From an uncultured Erysipelotrichaceae bacterium (lineage in GTDB: Bacteria; Bacillota_I; Bacilli_A; Erysipelotrichales; Erysipelotrichaceae), in NCBI GenBank assembly GCA_942493105.1, contig OW818668.1, positions 1,830,001 through 1,862,000 on the forward strand: a DNA stretch of 32,000 bases, written 5' to 3'. Below are positions 8,793-16,555 of the stretch, piece by piece. The notes beneath the pieces are model-generated. The model was given only the letters and a program-made list of their open reading frames with translations, had not been told where the DNA came from and did not search any database. The position numbers were made by a program, and so were the translations under genes. How positions within the stretch are numbered: the stretch's first letter is position 1; each line of letters starts with the position of its first letter.

Positions 8793-9935
8793 TCATTTAA
8801 ATTTCTTGATTTGTTGAAGGATTCTCATGGTGTTTTCAACAGCTACTTCTATGTTTCTGGGTCCATCAGCCATGGCTTCCTCCAGGCTAAATATACCTGG
8901 TACGATCCCAATAACACTGCTTACTCCATTTTTGTATAATGGATTTAAATCTCCGCTTATCTTACCAGCAAACACAATAACAGGCACTTTATGTTGTTTG
9001 GCTTTTTTTGCGATACCAATGATCGTTTTACCATAAGATGTTTGTTCATCGACACTTCCTTCACCTGTCAGTACCAATGATGCACCTTTTAATTGATCTT
9101 CAAACTGTGTCAGCTGTAGCACGGTATTGATGCCTGATGAGAGCTGAGCATTCAATACGCCAATAAAAGCTGCACCTAGTCCTCCGGCAGCTCCGGCACC
9201 AGGAATGGAATCGATTTCTTTCTTCAATGTTTTCTTTAAGATTGAGGCATAATGTTTAAGATTCTTATCAAGGATCTCAATCATTAAAAGATCGGCTCCT
9301 TTTTGTGGTCCATAGACAACACTGGCCCCTTTAGATCCTGTCAAAGGATTCATGACATCACATGCGATCGTTAGCTCAACATCTTTGATTCTTGGATCTA
9401 TGTTTGAAATATCTACAGTTGCTAATTGATTAAGAAAACCACCGCCTAAGCGTAGTTCTTGTTGATTCTTATCTGTAAACTTAACTCCTAAAGCACTCAA
9501 CATCCCAGCTCCCCCATCATTGGTAGAACTGCCACCCAAACCGATAATTAGGCGTTTTGGATGCAAATCCAGAGCTGCTTTGATGAGTTGTCCAACCCCA
9601 TAAGAAGTTGTTGTAAAAGGATTACGCAACGCTTTAGGAACCAAGTGTAAACCACAAGCTTGAGCGATTTCTACGACAGCTGTTTCTTGATCACCCAAAA
9701 GACCATAGGATGCTTGAACTTGTTCGCGTAAAGGTCCCATCACCATGGTGGAATAAATACAACCATTCGTGCTTTGAACCAACGAAGACAAAAGCCCTTC
9801 TCCTCCATCTGACATTGGGCAATGAATGATTTCAGCATCAGGAAAAACCTTCCGAATGCCTTTTTCCATACTTTGGCAGACAATAGAAGCACTCATACTT
9901 TCTTTAAATGAATCAGGAGCACATATGATTTTCAT
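8793..9935 (-). CDS. glxK: Glycerate kinase
   Basis: 380 aa. The N-terminus (MKIICAPDSFKESMSA) and the motifs GGSSTNDGGAGM and TGEGSVDEQT are characteristic of the GlxK/GarK family. Confidence 0.9.
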   Translation of the reverse strand: MKIICAPDSFKESMSASIVCQSMEKGIRKVFPDAEIIHCPMSDGGEGLLSSLVQSTNGCIYSTMVMGPLREQVQASYGLLGDQETAVVEIAQACGLHLVPKALRNPFTTTSYGVGQLIKAALDLHPKRLIIGLGGSSTNDGGAGMLSALGVKFTDKNQQELRLGGGFLNQLATVDISNIDPRIKDVELTIACDVMNPLTGSKGASVVYGPQKGADLLMIEILDKNLKHYASILKKTLKKEIDSIPGAGAAGGLGAAFIGVLNAQLSSGINTVLQLTQFEDQLKGASLVLTGEGSVDEQTSYGKTIIGIAKKAKQHKVPVIVFAGKISGDLNPLYKNGVSSVIGIVPGIFSLEEAMADGPRNIEVAVENTMRILQQIKKFK

Positions 9936-9997
9936 GGATACTCATCTTTCCTATAATTCTAAAACAAATGGCTAAAATCTCTTATTGTTGCCTAAAC

Positions 9998-10006
9998 ATT
10001 ATAACA
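9998..10006 (-). promoter_or_regulatory. Candidate extended -10 promoter (TGtTATAAT) for glxK
   Basis: The minus strand reads TGTTATAAT about 60 nt upstream of the glxK ATG. No clear -35 is present. Confidence 0.35.
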
Positions 10007-10112
10007 CCTTATAAATGTGTTTTTAGGGCAATAAAGCTCAATTTAACCAAATAAAGTCTAAAAAACAGGATTATTTTTGTTTTTATTTACTTGATCAATT
10101 TATGACCAAGGT

Positions 10113-10883
10113 CTATTTAATTGGGACTTCTTTCAACAAGCGTTCATTGAAGAAATCATCGATAAGTTTCAGGATATCTTGATTAAGCCTATCATCATCG
10201 AGTAAGCGATGTTTAACACCTTTAATCACCAACAAGAGTTTCATTTCATGAGGAACTTTCGTATAAGCATTCTCACTGCTTCTTACAGGGATCGTTTCAT
10301 CATCACTTCCATGAAGAAACAAAATAGGTACATCCACCTTTTCGATCGAATCTTTACACAAAGCAATGATGTTTCTAAAAACTGAAGAAAAACTTGATGG
10401 AAGTGGCGGATACGATGTCGTTATAAGTGGTTTAGGTTTCTTGATGATCGTACGAGCAACAGTTTCAGCAGCACCTTTCACATTTTGCAGAGATAAATAT
10501 TCAAATGCTGGTGCCAATAAAACAATACGTTCAACGGAATACAAGGTCGATAAATGAGAAGCAATGACACCTCCCATTGAAAATCCAACAAGCCACACTT
10601 TTCTTTCTTGAGCAATAAGTTGTGCCAGGCCATCCTCTGCCCTTCTTAGCCATAGTTGCGGATCCGTATCATTAAGATCCAGTTGATCAAAAAGCTCCAC
10701 ACAAACAACCTTATGGCCTTTATCTTCAAAATATGTTCTGAGAGGTAAAAACTCAACGGTCTTTCTTACCCCAAAACCATGAACACAATAAATAACAGGA
10801 AGTTTTGCCTCTCTTCTTGATTTAAGCCATTCCTTGATTTTTAAGATCCACTTGTACATATTGATTCCTATCCCCTTACTCAT
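10113..10883 (-). CDS. Alpha/beta hydrolase (esterase/lipase-type serine hydrolase)
   Basis: 256 aa with the nucleophile elbow GFSMGG, an HG oxyanion motif (VHGFG), and C-terminal D and H residues (HGSDDE, KGVKHRL). The start is uncertain: the in-frame ATG at 10859 (MYKWIL...) has a better-placed AGGAA. Confidence 0.75.
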   Translation of the reverse strand: MSKGIGINMYKWILKIKEWLKSRREAKLPVIYCVHGFGVRKTVEFLPLRTYFEDKGHKVVCVELFDQLDLNDTDPQLWLRRAEDGLAQLIAQERKVWLVGFSMGGVIASHLSTLYSVERIVLLAPAFEYLSLQNVKGAAETVARTIIKKPKPLITTSYPPLPSSFSSVFRNIIALCKDSIEKVDVPILFLHGSDDETIPVRSSENAYTKVPHEMKLLLVIKGVKHRLLDDDRLNQDILKLIDDFFNERLLKEVPIK

Positions 10884-10897
10884 GTAACACGAAACAT

Positions 10898-11809
10898 CTA
10901 TCCTCTATTATGTTCTCGATTGCGTAAATCAAATTTCTCTAAAGGAACAGGACCTCTGATGATTTCGCGTACGATTTGTAAGACCCCTTCAAGATTGACT
11001 ATGGTTCTCCATTGAACCAACATGATTTCTCCATTTTCAATCTCAATGGCAGTCAAACTTGTAGGATATATACAACATCCTGTATTGAAATAAGGCAATT
11101 CCGATAATTTCGGATATTTATATCGATGGGTATGACCACATATCAACATTATTTGATGTTTTTCGATCCACTTATTGTAGTTCTTTTCGATTTTGTGTCG
11201 CCTTTGAACATTTCTGACAGGACTTGCCGGATTTTGAAAACCAAAAGCATGCATAAAGCGCCAGAAATATCTGAGAGACAACATTGACAAGAACCAATTT
11301 TGATCGTTATTGAAATCACCTTGATGACCATGGACCACAAGTATCTCTTGACCTGTTTCTTTGACTTTCAAGACTAAGGCCTCAACTGGCTCAACATGAT
11401 TCAATAATTCATGAACAGTTTCACTATATTTGTCATAACTCGTATACAGATTTTTTGCGACATAATCTTGATTGTTTATAAAGATATTATGATTGCCATA
11501 CAACATGATCAAACGATTGTTTTTATGAAAGAGACGCATGACTGAAAACGCATCGGCATGGGCCAATCTTATGTCTTTAAATTTATATTCCCACAATTCA
11601 TCGCCATCTCCAGCTTCCACATAGGTATAATCTAAATCAAGATAATGATATAAAGCATACACAAAAGCATTTTGATTGCGACTGAATTCATCCGATGCAC
11701 TTCCATTTCCACGATGACAGTCACTCATAAAAACAAGCTTAGAATCTTTGTCTATTGTTTCAATTCGGGCATTACGATAAGCTTGCGTAAGCCGCTGATC
11801 TGTTTTCAT
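10898..11809 (-). CDS. Calcineurin-like metallophosphoesterase
   Basis: 303 aa with ordered phosphoesterase motifs: SDCHRGNG, GDGDELWE, GNHN, VHGHQGD, GHTH. GAGGT RBS is present. Confidence 0.8.
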   Translation of the reverse strand: MKTDQRLTQAYRNARIETIDKDSKLVFMSDCHRGNGSASDEFSRNQNAFVYALYHYLDLDYTYVEAGDGDELWEYKFKDIRLAHADAFSVMRLFHKNNRLIMLYGNHNIFINNQDYVAKNLYTSYDKYSETVHELLNHVEPVEALVLKVKETGQEILVVHGHQGDFNNDQNWFLSMLSLRYFWRFMHAFGFQNPASPVRNVQRRHKIEKNYNKWIEKHQIMLICGHTHRYKYPKLSELPYFNTGCCIYPTSLTAIEIENGEIMLVQWRTIVNLEGVLQIVREIIRGPVPLEKFDLRNREHNRG

Positions 11810-11917
11810 GAATTTACCTCGCTTTGATTCGAATATGGATCAACCATAGCCAGCATCACTTTTGATTATCTATATTTTACACCTAAAATAGAGGAATGGA
11901 GTTAAGAAACCAAACAC

Positions 11918-11941
11918 AAAAAAACCAGAGTACTCTGGTTT
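11918..11941 (-). terminator. Rho-independent terminator of mntP
   Basis: The minus strand reads AAACCAGAGTACTCTGGTTT followed by TTTTTTT. The hairpin starts at the TAA stop. Confidence 0.7.
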
Positions 11942-12500
11942 AGAATAAATGATCGAACAGAATTTTAATTCCGATGCCAAGTAAGACAAGGCCACCAATG
12001 ATTTCTGCCGTATTATCCAGCAGTGCTGCATATCGTTTTCCAATCATTACTCCAGTGATGGATAAAACTAAGGTCACAAGTCCTATGATCAAAGAAGTTG
12101 ACAGAATATGTGTTGTCAACAAAGCCAAACTGATTCCTACCGCTAAAGCATCGATACTGGTCGCAATGGAGACTCCCAGCATTGCTTTTAGATCTGTTGT
12201 TGGTTCTACTTCACAACTAAGATCTTTGGGTTGAAATCCTTCATAAATCATCTTTGCGCCTATGATAGATAATAGTATAAATGCGACCCAATGATCAAAT
12301 GAATTGATCATTGAACTAAATGTTAAACCTAAATAGTAACCAGCCAAAGTCATCATAGCCTGAAAGAAACCAAAGTAAAGTCCTACTTTTAGGGCAAAGC
12401 GAAAACGAAGGTCCTTAGTGCATAATCCTTTTACCAAAGCTACAGCGAAGGCATCCATAGATAAACCAATACCGATCATCAAGATTGAGACAAGATCCAT
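11940..12500 (-). CDS. mntP: Manganese efflux pump MntP (DUF204 family)
   Basis: Two DUF204 repeats are present (LSMDAFAVA and SIDALAVG) in a polytopic membrane protein. The ATG at 12500 is preferred over the GTG at 12509. A yybP-ykoY element lies directly upstream. Confidence 0.85.
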   Translation of the reverse strand: MDLVSILMIGIGLSMDAFAVALVKGLCTKDLRFRFALKVGLYFGFFQAMMTLAGYYLGLTFSSMINSFDHWVAFILLSIIGAKMIYEGFQPKDLSCEVEPTTDLKAMLGVSIATSIDALAVGISLALLTTHILSTSLIIGLVTLVLSITGVMIGKRYAALLDNTAEIIGGLVLLGIGIKILFDHLF

Positions 12501-12520
12501 GTTTCTCACTTTCCAGCAAA

Positions 12521-12632
12521 CAAAAACTCATTTCCGCTATGGTTATGAGTCTCTTTGTTTAAGGTTTGCCAGATGATGTCTCACCGGGTTGTTGACAAAC
12601 CGCACACTGTGCCAAGTACTCCCTCATAAATC
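12521..12632 (-). promoter_or_regulatory. yybP-ykoY (Mn2+) riboswitch with a terminator expression platform
   Basis: The minus-strand RNA has several class features:
- P1 pairs UUAUGAG with CUCAUAA.
- GGGAGUA occupies the conserved L1 position.
- A GGUUUG/CAAACC helix encloses GUCAACAA.
- GAGAC and AAAGAGAC elements are present.
- The 3' strand of P1 (ACUCAU) is also the 5' arm of the terminator ACUCAU-n13-AUGAGU-UUUUU (12521-12550), which gives ON-switch logic.
The element is in the genomic context expected for this class, upstream of mntP. Confidence 0.75.
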
Positions 12633-12638
12633 AAAACA

Positions 12639-12667
12639 ATTCTAGTTGAACTTAACTTAACTGTCAA
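12639..12667 (-). promoter_or_regulatory. Sigma-70-type promoter for the riboswitch-mntP transcript
   Basis: The minus strand reads TTGACA (12667-12662), a 17-nt spacer, then TAGAAT (12644-12639), immediately upstream of the riboswitch. Confidence 0.6.
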
Positions 12668-12905
12668 GTTTTGAAACCAGTATGCATGATTAAGTTAAAA
12701 ATCAAATCTAAAATAGGTAGTAAAAACAACCTGATTGATGAGAGATCATTCAACAATTTTAGTCAACGAAGAAGTTACACAAGATGCAACATGTTCGCTA
12801 TTTACTGAAAATAGGAATATACTGTAAGTGTATCCTCTGACATTCACACAGAATTCCCATAGATGTCTTAAAGAGCAGAATAGAAATCATCGATATCGAA
12901 AACTA

Positions 12906-12926
12906 GTATCCCGAGGATACATTTTT
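12906..12926 (+). terminator. Terminator-like hairpin inside the 5' leader of the small-membrane-protein operon (candidate attenuator)
   Basis: GTATCC-cga-GGATAC followed by ATTTTT, 44 nt upstream of the ATG at 12970. An upstream 8-mer GTATCCTC (12830-12837) is perfectly complementary to GAGGATAC (12913-12920). Confidence 0.45.
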
Positions 12927-12969
12927 GCGTTTAAAAACTAAATGAGGTTAAAGAAAGGAGGACATTGTT

Positions 12970-13119
12970 ATGCTTTGGACCATTGCAATTATATTAATTA
13001 TTCTATGGCTATTAGGCATTGTCACTTCGACAACAGTCGGAGGCTTTATCCACGTATTGTTGGTTATTGCTATTGTTATCGTTTTACTCAGAATCATACA
13101 AGGAAGACGAGTTCTATAA
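12970..13119 (+). CDS. Small membrane protein resembling the lmo0937 family (49 aa)
   Basis: Not in the ORF track because it is under 60 aa. AGGAGG lies 8 nt upstream of the ATG. Translation is MLWTIAIILIILWLLGIVTSTTVGGFIHVLLVIAIVIVLLRIIQGRRVL. It has two hydrophobic helices, an MLWTI...LWLLG start and a basic tail, as I recall for lmo0937-like proteins. Confidence 0.75.
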   Translation: MLWTIAIILIILWLLGIVTSTTVGGFIHVLLVIAIVIVLLRIIQGRRVL

Positions 13120-13137
13120 CCATCAAGGAGGTTGCTC

Positions 13138-13293
13138 ATGAAAGTAACTAAGAATCTAGGATTTCTACTTCTGGCAATTTGGATGATCATCTCAGGATTA
13201 TCCGGACTAGTTAAACTGCCAATCCCATCATTAGGACTAATCTTGGACGCATTAGGCTTAGTTTCCGGTGTCTTTATTCTTCTCGGAAAATAG
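13138..13293 (+). CDS. Small two-helix membrane protein (51 aa), hypothetical
   Basis: Not in the ORF track. AAGGAGG lies 7 nt upstream of the ATG, and the gene starts 18 nt after the previous stop. Translation is MKVTKNLGFLLLAIWMIISGLSGLVKLPIPSLGLILDALGLVSGVFILLGK. A strong terminator follows. Confidence 0.6.
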   Translation: MKVTKNLGFLLLAIWMIISGLSGLVKLPIPSLGLILDALGLVSGVFILLGK

Positions 13294-13314
13294 ACTCACT
13301 CCGTTCTAATGAGT

Positions 13315-13346
13315 AACCTTGCATCAAAATGCAAGGTTTTCTTTTG
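13315..13346 (+). terminator. Rho-independent terminator of the small-membrane-protein operon
   Basis: AACCTTGCAT-caaa-ATGCAAGGTT (10-bp perfect stem) followed by a TTTTCTTTT tract. Confidence 0.75.
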
Positions 13347-13443
13347 TCTAAATCGTTTATTTGCTTATTTTCGGTTATATCATGATGCAAGTACCTTTCA
13401 AAGTGTTAGAATTCAAATACTGAAAAATTTAAAAAGGTGAAAC

Positions 13444-14349
13444 ATGATTCCATTTAAAGAATTAGAAAATATCGATATATCCAAAAAGACGATACTGATT
13501 ACCGGTGCAAATGCAGGATTGGGATTTGAAACAGCACGATATTTTGCATCACAAGGTGCTAGTGTCATCTTGTCTTCAAGATCACTAGAAAAAGGACAGG
13601 CAGCTTGTGAGTTGATCAAAATAGAGGTTCCACAAGCAAAGCTCTATTTGCTTCAACTAGATTTGGCTGATTCAAAATCTATAGAACTCTTTTCAAAGCA
13701 AGTTCATGATCTTAATATTAAAGTAGATATCTTAATCAACAATGCTGGGATCATGGCTGTCCCTTATGCATTGACCAAGGATGGTTATGAAAGCCAAATT
13801 GGAGTCAATCATTTGGGTCATTTTCGATTAACTGCATTGTTGTTTGATTTGCTAAGTGACCAAGCACGAATTGTCAATATTTCAAGTATGGCTCATCGTC
13901 AAGGCACTGCGAATTTTAATAACTTCATGTATGAAAAAGGTAAGTATTCCCCTTTCAGTGCTTATTCAAGATCCAAATTGTGTAACCTATTGTTTACTTA
14001 TGCTTTGGCCGATCGAATCAGTGCCAACAAATTATCCATTATTATTGTTTCAGCACATCCCGGTGTCGCAAAAACTGGATTGTTTGACACAGGAAAACGC
14101 TCAAAAGTCATCCAATTCTTCATCAATCTTTTTCTGGCTTCAGTATCTACAGCTGAAAAAGGTGCTCGACCAACCATTATGGCAGCTTTAGATCCACAGG
14201 CTGTGAGTGGTAACTTCTATGGGCCATCAAAAAACGATCTCGTTAAACTTGAAGATCCAAAACCTTTGGCTCTTGATAAAAAAGTACAGTCTGATTTGTG
14301 GGTTTACTCTCTGAATAAAACAAATGTATCCTATCCTTTTAATACATAG
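13444..14349 (+). CDS. Short-chain dehydrogenase/reductase (classical SDR) oxidoreductase
   Basis: 301 aa with cofactor motif TGANAGLG, NNAG, and catalytic S...YSRSK. RBS is AAAAAGGTG. Confidence 0.9.
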   Translation: MIPFKELENIDISKKTILITGANAGLGFETARYFASQGASVILSSRSLEKGQAACELIKIEVPQAKLYLLQLDLADSKSIELFSKQVHDLNIKVDILINNAGIMAVPYALTKDGYESQIGVNHLGHFRLTALLFDLLSDQARIVNISSMAHRQGTANFNNFMYEKGKYSPFSAYSRSKLCNLLFTYALADRISANKLSIIIVSAHPGVAKTGLFDTGKRSKVIQFFINLFLASVSTAEKGARPTIMAALDPQAVSGNFYGPSKNDLVKLEDPKPLALDKKVQSDLWVYSLNKTNVSYPFNT

Positions 14350-14372
14350 GATGATCATTCAACCAAAACAAT

Positions 14373-14404
14373 AAAAAAAACTTCAAGTTGATTGAAGTTT
14401 TTTT
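14373..14404. terminator. Bidirectional terminator between the convergent SDR gene and glpP
   Basis: AAACTTCAA-gttga-TTGAAGTTT, flanked by an A-run on the left and a T-run on the right. Confidence 0.75.
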
Positions 14405-14963
14405 AGTTAAATTCAGCGTATTTAACCGCAAGATCTAAATTACTCAAGGTAATTCGTTTTATACCGCTTGCGAATATGGATTGGATCTGATGCTGTGTTT
14501 GGACAAGGCCTCCTGCCCATACTTCAGCTTTTATGTCGTTAATGAATGTAGGAAAAACTTCATAGATGAGGGCTGGTAAGAATTCGACCACATCCGGTTT
14601 TATAACTTCAATCAATTGTAAACTTCGTTTGATGGATTTTGAATCCATAATGAATACTCTCAAGATTCCCAAACAACGATTCTTTTGGGTCATTTCTATT
14701 ATCTTTGGTTTAGAACTGATGAGTCCATCCACTTGAAGTTGTTGAATCAAAAACTGTGCCCCATATTCATCATTGGCGAGACCCTGGATCAATTCGATAT
14801 GAACGATCACTTCTTTCTTTGCATCATGGGCCATTTTGATCATATCCTTAAGATGATTGATATGGACATCTTGTAGAATGAACACTTTTAAAGAGGTTCC
14901 TAAGAATGTCTCAAGGCCCTTCATTGAAGTGATGACTGGGATGATGTTCTGTTTAGAGATCAT
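14403..14963 (-). CDS. glpP: Glycerol-3-phosphate-responsive antiterminator GlpP
   Basis: Collinear similarity to my recollection of B. subtilis GlpP (IPVI...HI.LIQGL..DEYGAQFL...LPALIYEV...AGGL). The ATG at 14963 has GGAG 7 nt upstream, whereas the track start at 14990 is a TTG. Confidence 0.8.
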   Translation of the reverse strand: MISKQNIIPVITSMKGLETFLGTSLKVFILQDVHINHLKDMIKMAHDAKKEVIVHIELIQGLANDEYGAQFLIQQLQVDGLISSKPKIIEMTQKNRCLGILRVFIMDSKSIKRSLQLIEVIKPDVVEFLPALIYEVFPTFINDIKAEVWAGGLVQTQHQIQSIFASGIKRITLSNLDLAVKYAEFN

Positions 14964-15321
14964 GTTTTTTCTCCATGGTTTTAGCAGCAATCATATCGAT
15001 TCCGCACCCTAATACATTGGCACATATAACTTGATTGATACAAACAGGGGCAATTACTTCGACTGATTCTAGAAGTCGGATCACTTTAAATAAATCATCT
15101 TTTAAGATAGGAGCACTCGATACGACTGGACAACGTGGAATCAAAGCACCTTTTATTTTAACTGTACTTGTCAAAATTCTCCTAGGTTCTGTTGCTTCTT
15201 GGATTCCATAAACATTCCCTCTAAGACATGCATTTCCAGAAGTCGTATAAATCCCGTCTTGCTCAGATACGGTAACTTTGCAGCCCTTTGGGCATACGAT
15301 ACAGATCACTTGCTTATTCAT
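14953..15321 (-). CDS. DUF1667 domain protein (Cys-rich small subunit of the G3P-dehydrogenase-like cluster)
   Basis: CIVCPKGCKVTV and GNACLRG motifs are present. The start ATG at 15321 overlaps the upstream stop (ATGAATAA), indicating translational coupling. Confidence 0.8.
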   Translation of the reverse strand: MNKQVICIVCPKGCKVTVSEQDGIYTTSGNACLRGNVYGIQEATEPRRILTSTVKIKGALIPRCPVVSSAPILKDDLFKVIRLLESVEVIAPVCINQVICANVLGCGIDMIAAKTMEKKHDL

Positions 15322-16555
15322 CGCAAAGCTCCACAACTAGATTATAGTTGATTTTGTCTAGAAATACTTTAGGGAGTTGATAAGTCTGCATTTCTGAAGG
15401 ATGTAAATCAAACTTAGGAAGTTTGACCAGTGTTTTTCCATCAGAAGATATCTTTAAGAAGGCTTTGGATTTAGGTTTTGAAACCCGATACTTGATCAAT
15501 AAGGATGCACTATTTGGATCATAATATTGAGGCAGGACATAGTTTAGTTCACCTTTAGCCTCAATAGGGATCTGTTTCTCATGATGTTGATCACTAAGAT
15601 AGGAAACGATAGAATCCGCAACCAACATCCCTTCCATAGAAACATGGTCAACTAAATCATGGATATGCAAAACATTTCCACAGGCAAAGATACCAGGTAC
15701 CTTGGTCATAAGTTGACTATCAACCAAAGGTCCTTTGGTTCTAGAGTCAATCTCTACACATGCTTTTTCACTTAATACATTATCTGGAATAAGGCCGACA
15801 GACAACAAGACAGTATCAACTTCTACTTCTCTAGCTGTTTCAAGCATGGGACGCCGTTGTTCATCCACTTGACATAATGTAATGGATTCCACTCGATTAT
15901 GACCTGTGATCTTGGTGATGGTCGTTGAAAGATATAATGGAATATCATAATCGTGCAGACACTGAACGATATTGCGCGTCAAACCATTTGAGTAAGGCAT
16001 GATTTCTGCTACTCCTACTACTTGTGCTTGAGCTAGGGTCAAACGACGTGCCATGATTAGCCCTATGTCTCCTGAACCTAAGATAAAGATTTTTTTGCCG
16101 ACCAAATAACCTTCGATGTTGAGATATTTTTGGGCAACTCCTGCTGTCCATACCCCAACACATCGATCACCTGGAATCTGGATGTTGCCTCGAGTACGTT
16201 CACGTGCACCCATAGCCAAAACGATCACTTCTGCTTGGATCTGATAACACCCTTGTGGTTCACTTAGGGTAATGATCTTATCTTCTGTGATGTTGATGAC
16301 TGTTGCGTTGAGTAAATAAGGGATTTTCAACTGCATAAACAAGTCGATGTTTCGTTGGGCATACATCGGTCCGGTCAATTCTTGTTTATATAAATGTAAA
16401 CCAAAGCCATTGTGGATGCATTGATTTAAGATGCCACCCAGTTCATTCTCTTTTTCGATAAGTAAAATATCTTGAATGCCTTTTTGTCTTAAGGCATTGG
16501 CACAAGCCAATCCGGCTGATCCTCCACCGATGATCACAATCTTATTTCGTTTCAT
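15314..16555 (-). CDS. NAD(P)/FAD-dependent (pyridine nucleotide-disulfide family) oxidoreductase
   Basis: 413 aa with two Rossmann dinucleotide motifs (IIGGGSAGLACA and ILGSGDIGLIMA) plus a GD motif (FACGNV). It overlaps the upstream gene by 14 nt. Confidence 0.85.
   Translation of the reverse strand: MKRNKIVIIGGGSAGLACANALRQKGIQDILLIEKENELGGILNQCIHNGFGLHLYKQELTGPMYAQRNIDLFMQLKIPYLLNATVINITEDKIITLSEPQGCYQIQAEVIVLAMGARERTRGNIQIPGDRCVGVWTAGVAQKYLNIEGYLVGKKIFILGSGDIGLIMARRLTLAQAQVVGVAEIMPYSNGLTRNIVQCLHDYDIPLYLSTTITKITGHNRVESITLCQVDEQRRPMLETAREVEVDTVLLSVGLIPDNVLSEKACVEIDSRTKGPLVDSQLMTKVPGIFACGNVLHIHDLVDHVSMEGMLVADSIVSYLSDQHHEKQIPIEAKGELNYVLPQYYDPNSASLLIKYRVSKPKSKAFLKISSDGKTLVKLPKFDLHPSEMQTYQLPKVFLDKINYNLVVELCDE

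Noticed and set aside
12738-12827. A 29-aa ORF (MRDHSTILVNEEVTQDATCSLFTENRNIL) in the long non-coding region
   Set aside because: It has no Shine-Dalgarno sequence and no recognisable features. It probably lies upstream of the likely TSS of the leader, so I treat it as a chance ORF.
12927-12952. A SigB-like promoter (GTTTAA, 12-nt spacer, GGTTAA) in front of the lmo0937-like gene
   Set aside because: The -10-like element abuts the RBS, so the predicted TSS would fall inside or after the Shine-Dalgarno sequence. The match to GGG(T/A)A(T/A) is also poor.
12942-13190. Track ORFs 12942-13151 (+, 69 aa) and 12948-13190 (-, 80 aa)
   Set aside because: - Neither has an RBS, and both have atypical Cys/His/Tyr-rich composition.
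- Both overlap two short genes with strong RBSs in another frame that encode plausible membrane proteins.
13856-14191. A 111-aa plus-strand ORF inside the SDR gene
   Set aside because: It is an alternative frame nested entirely within a well-supported SDR coding sequence. It has low-complexity composition and no RBS.
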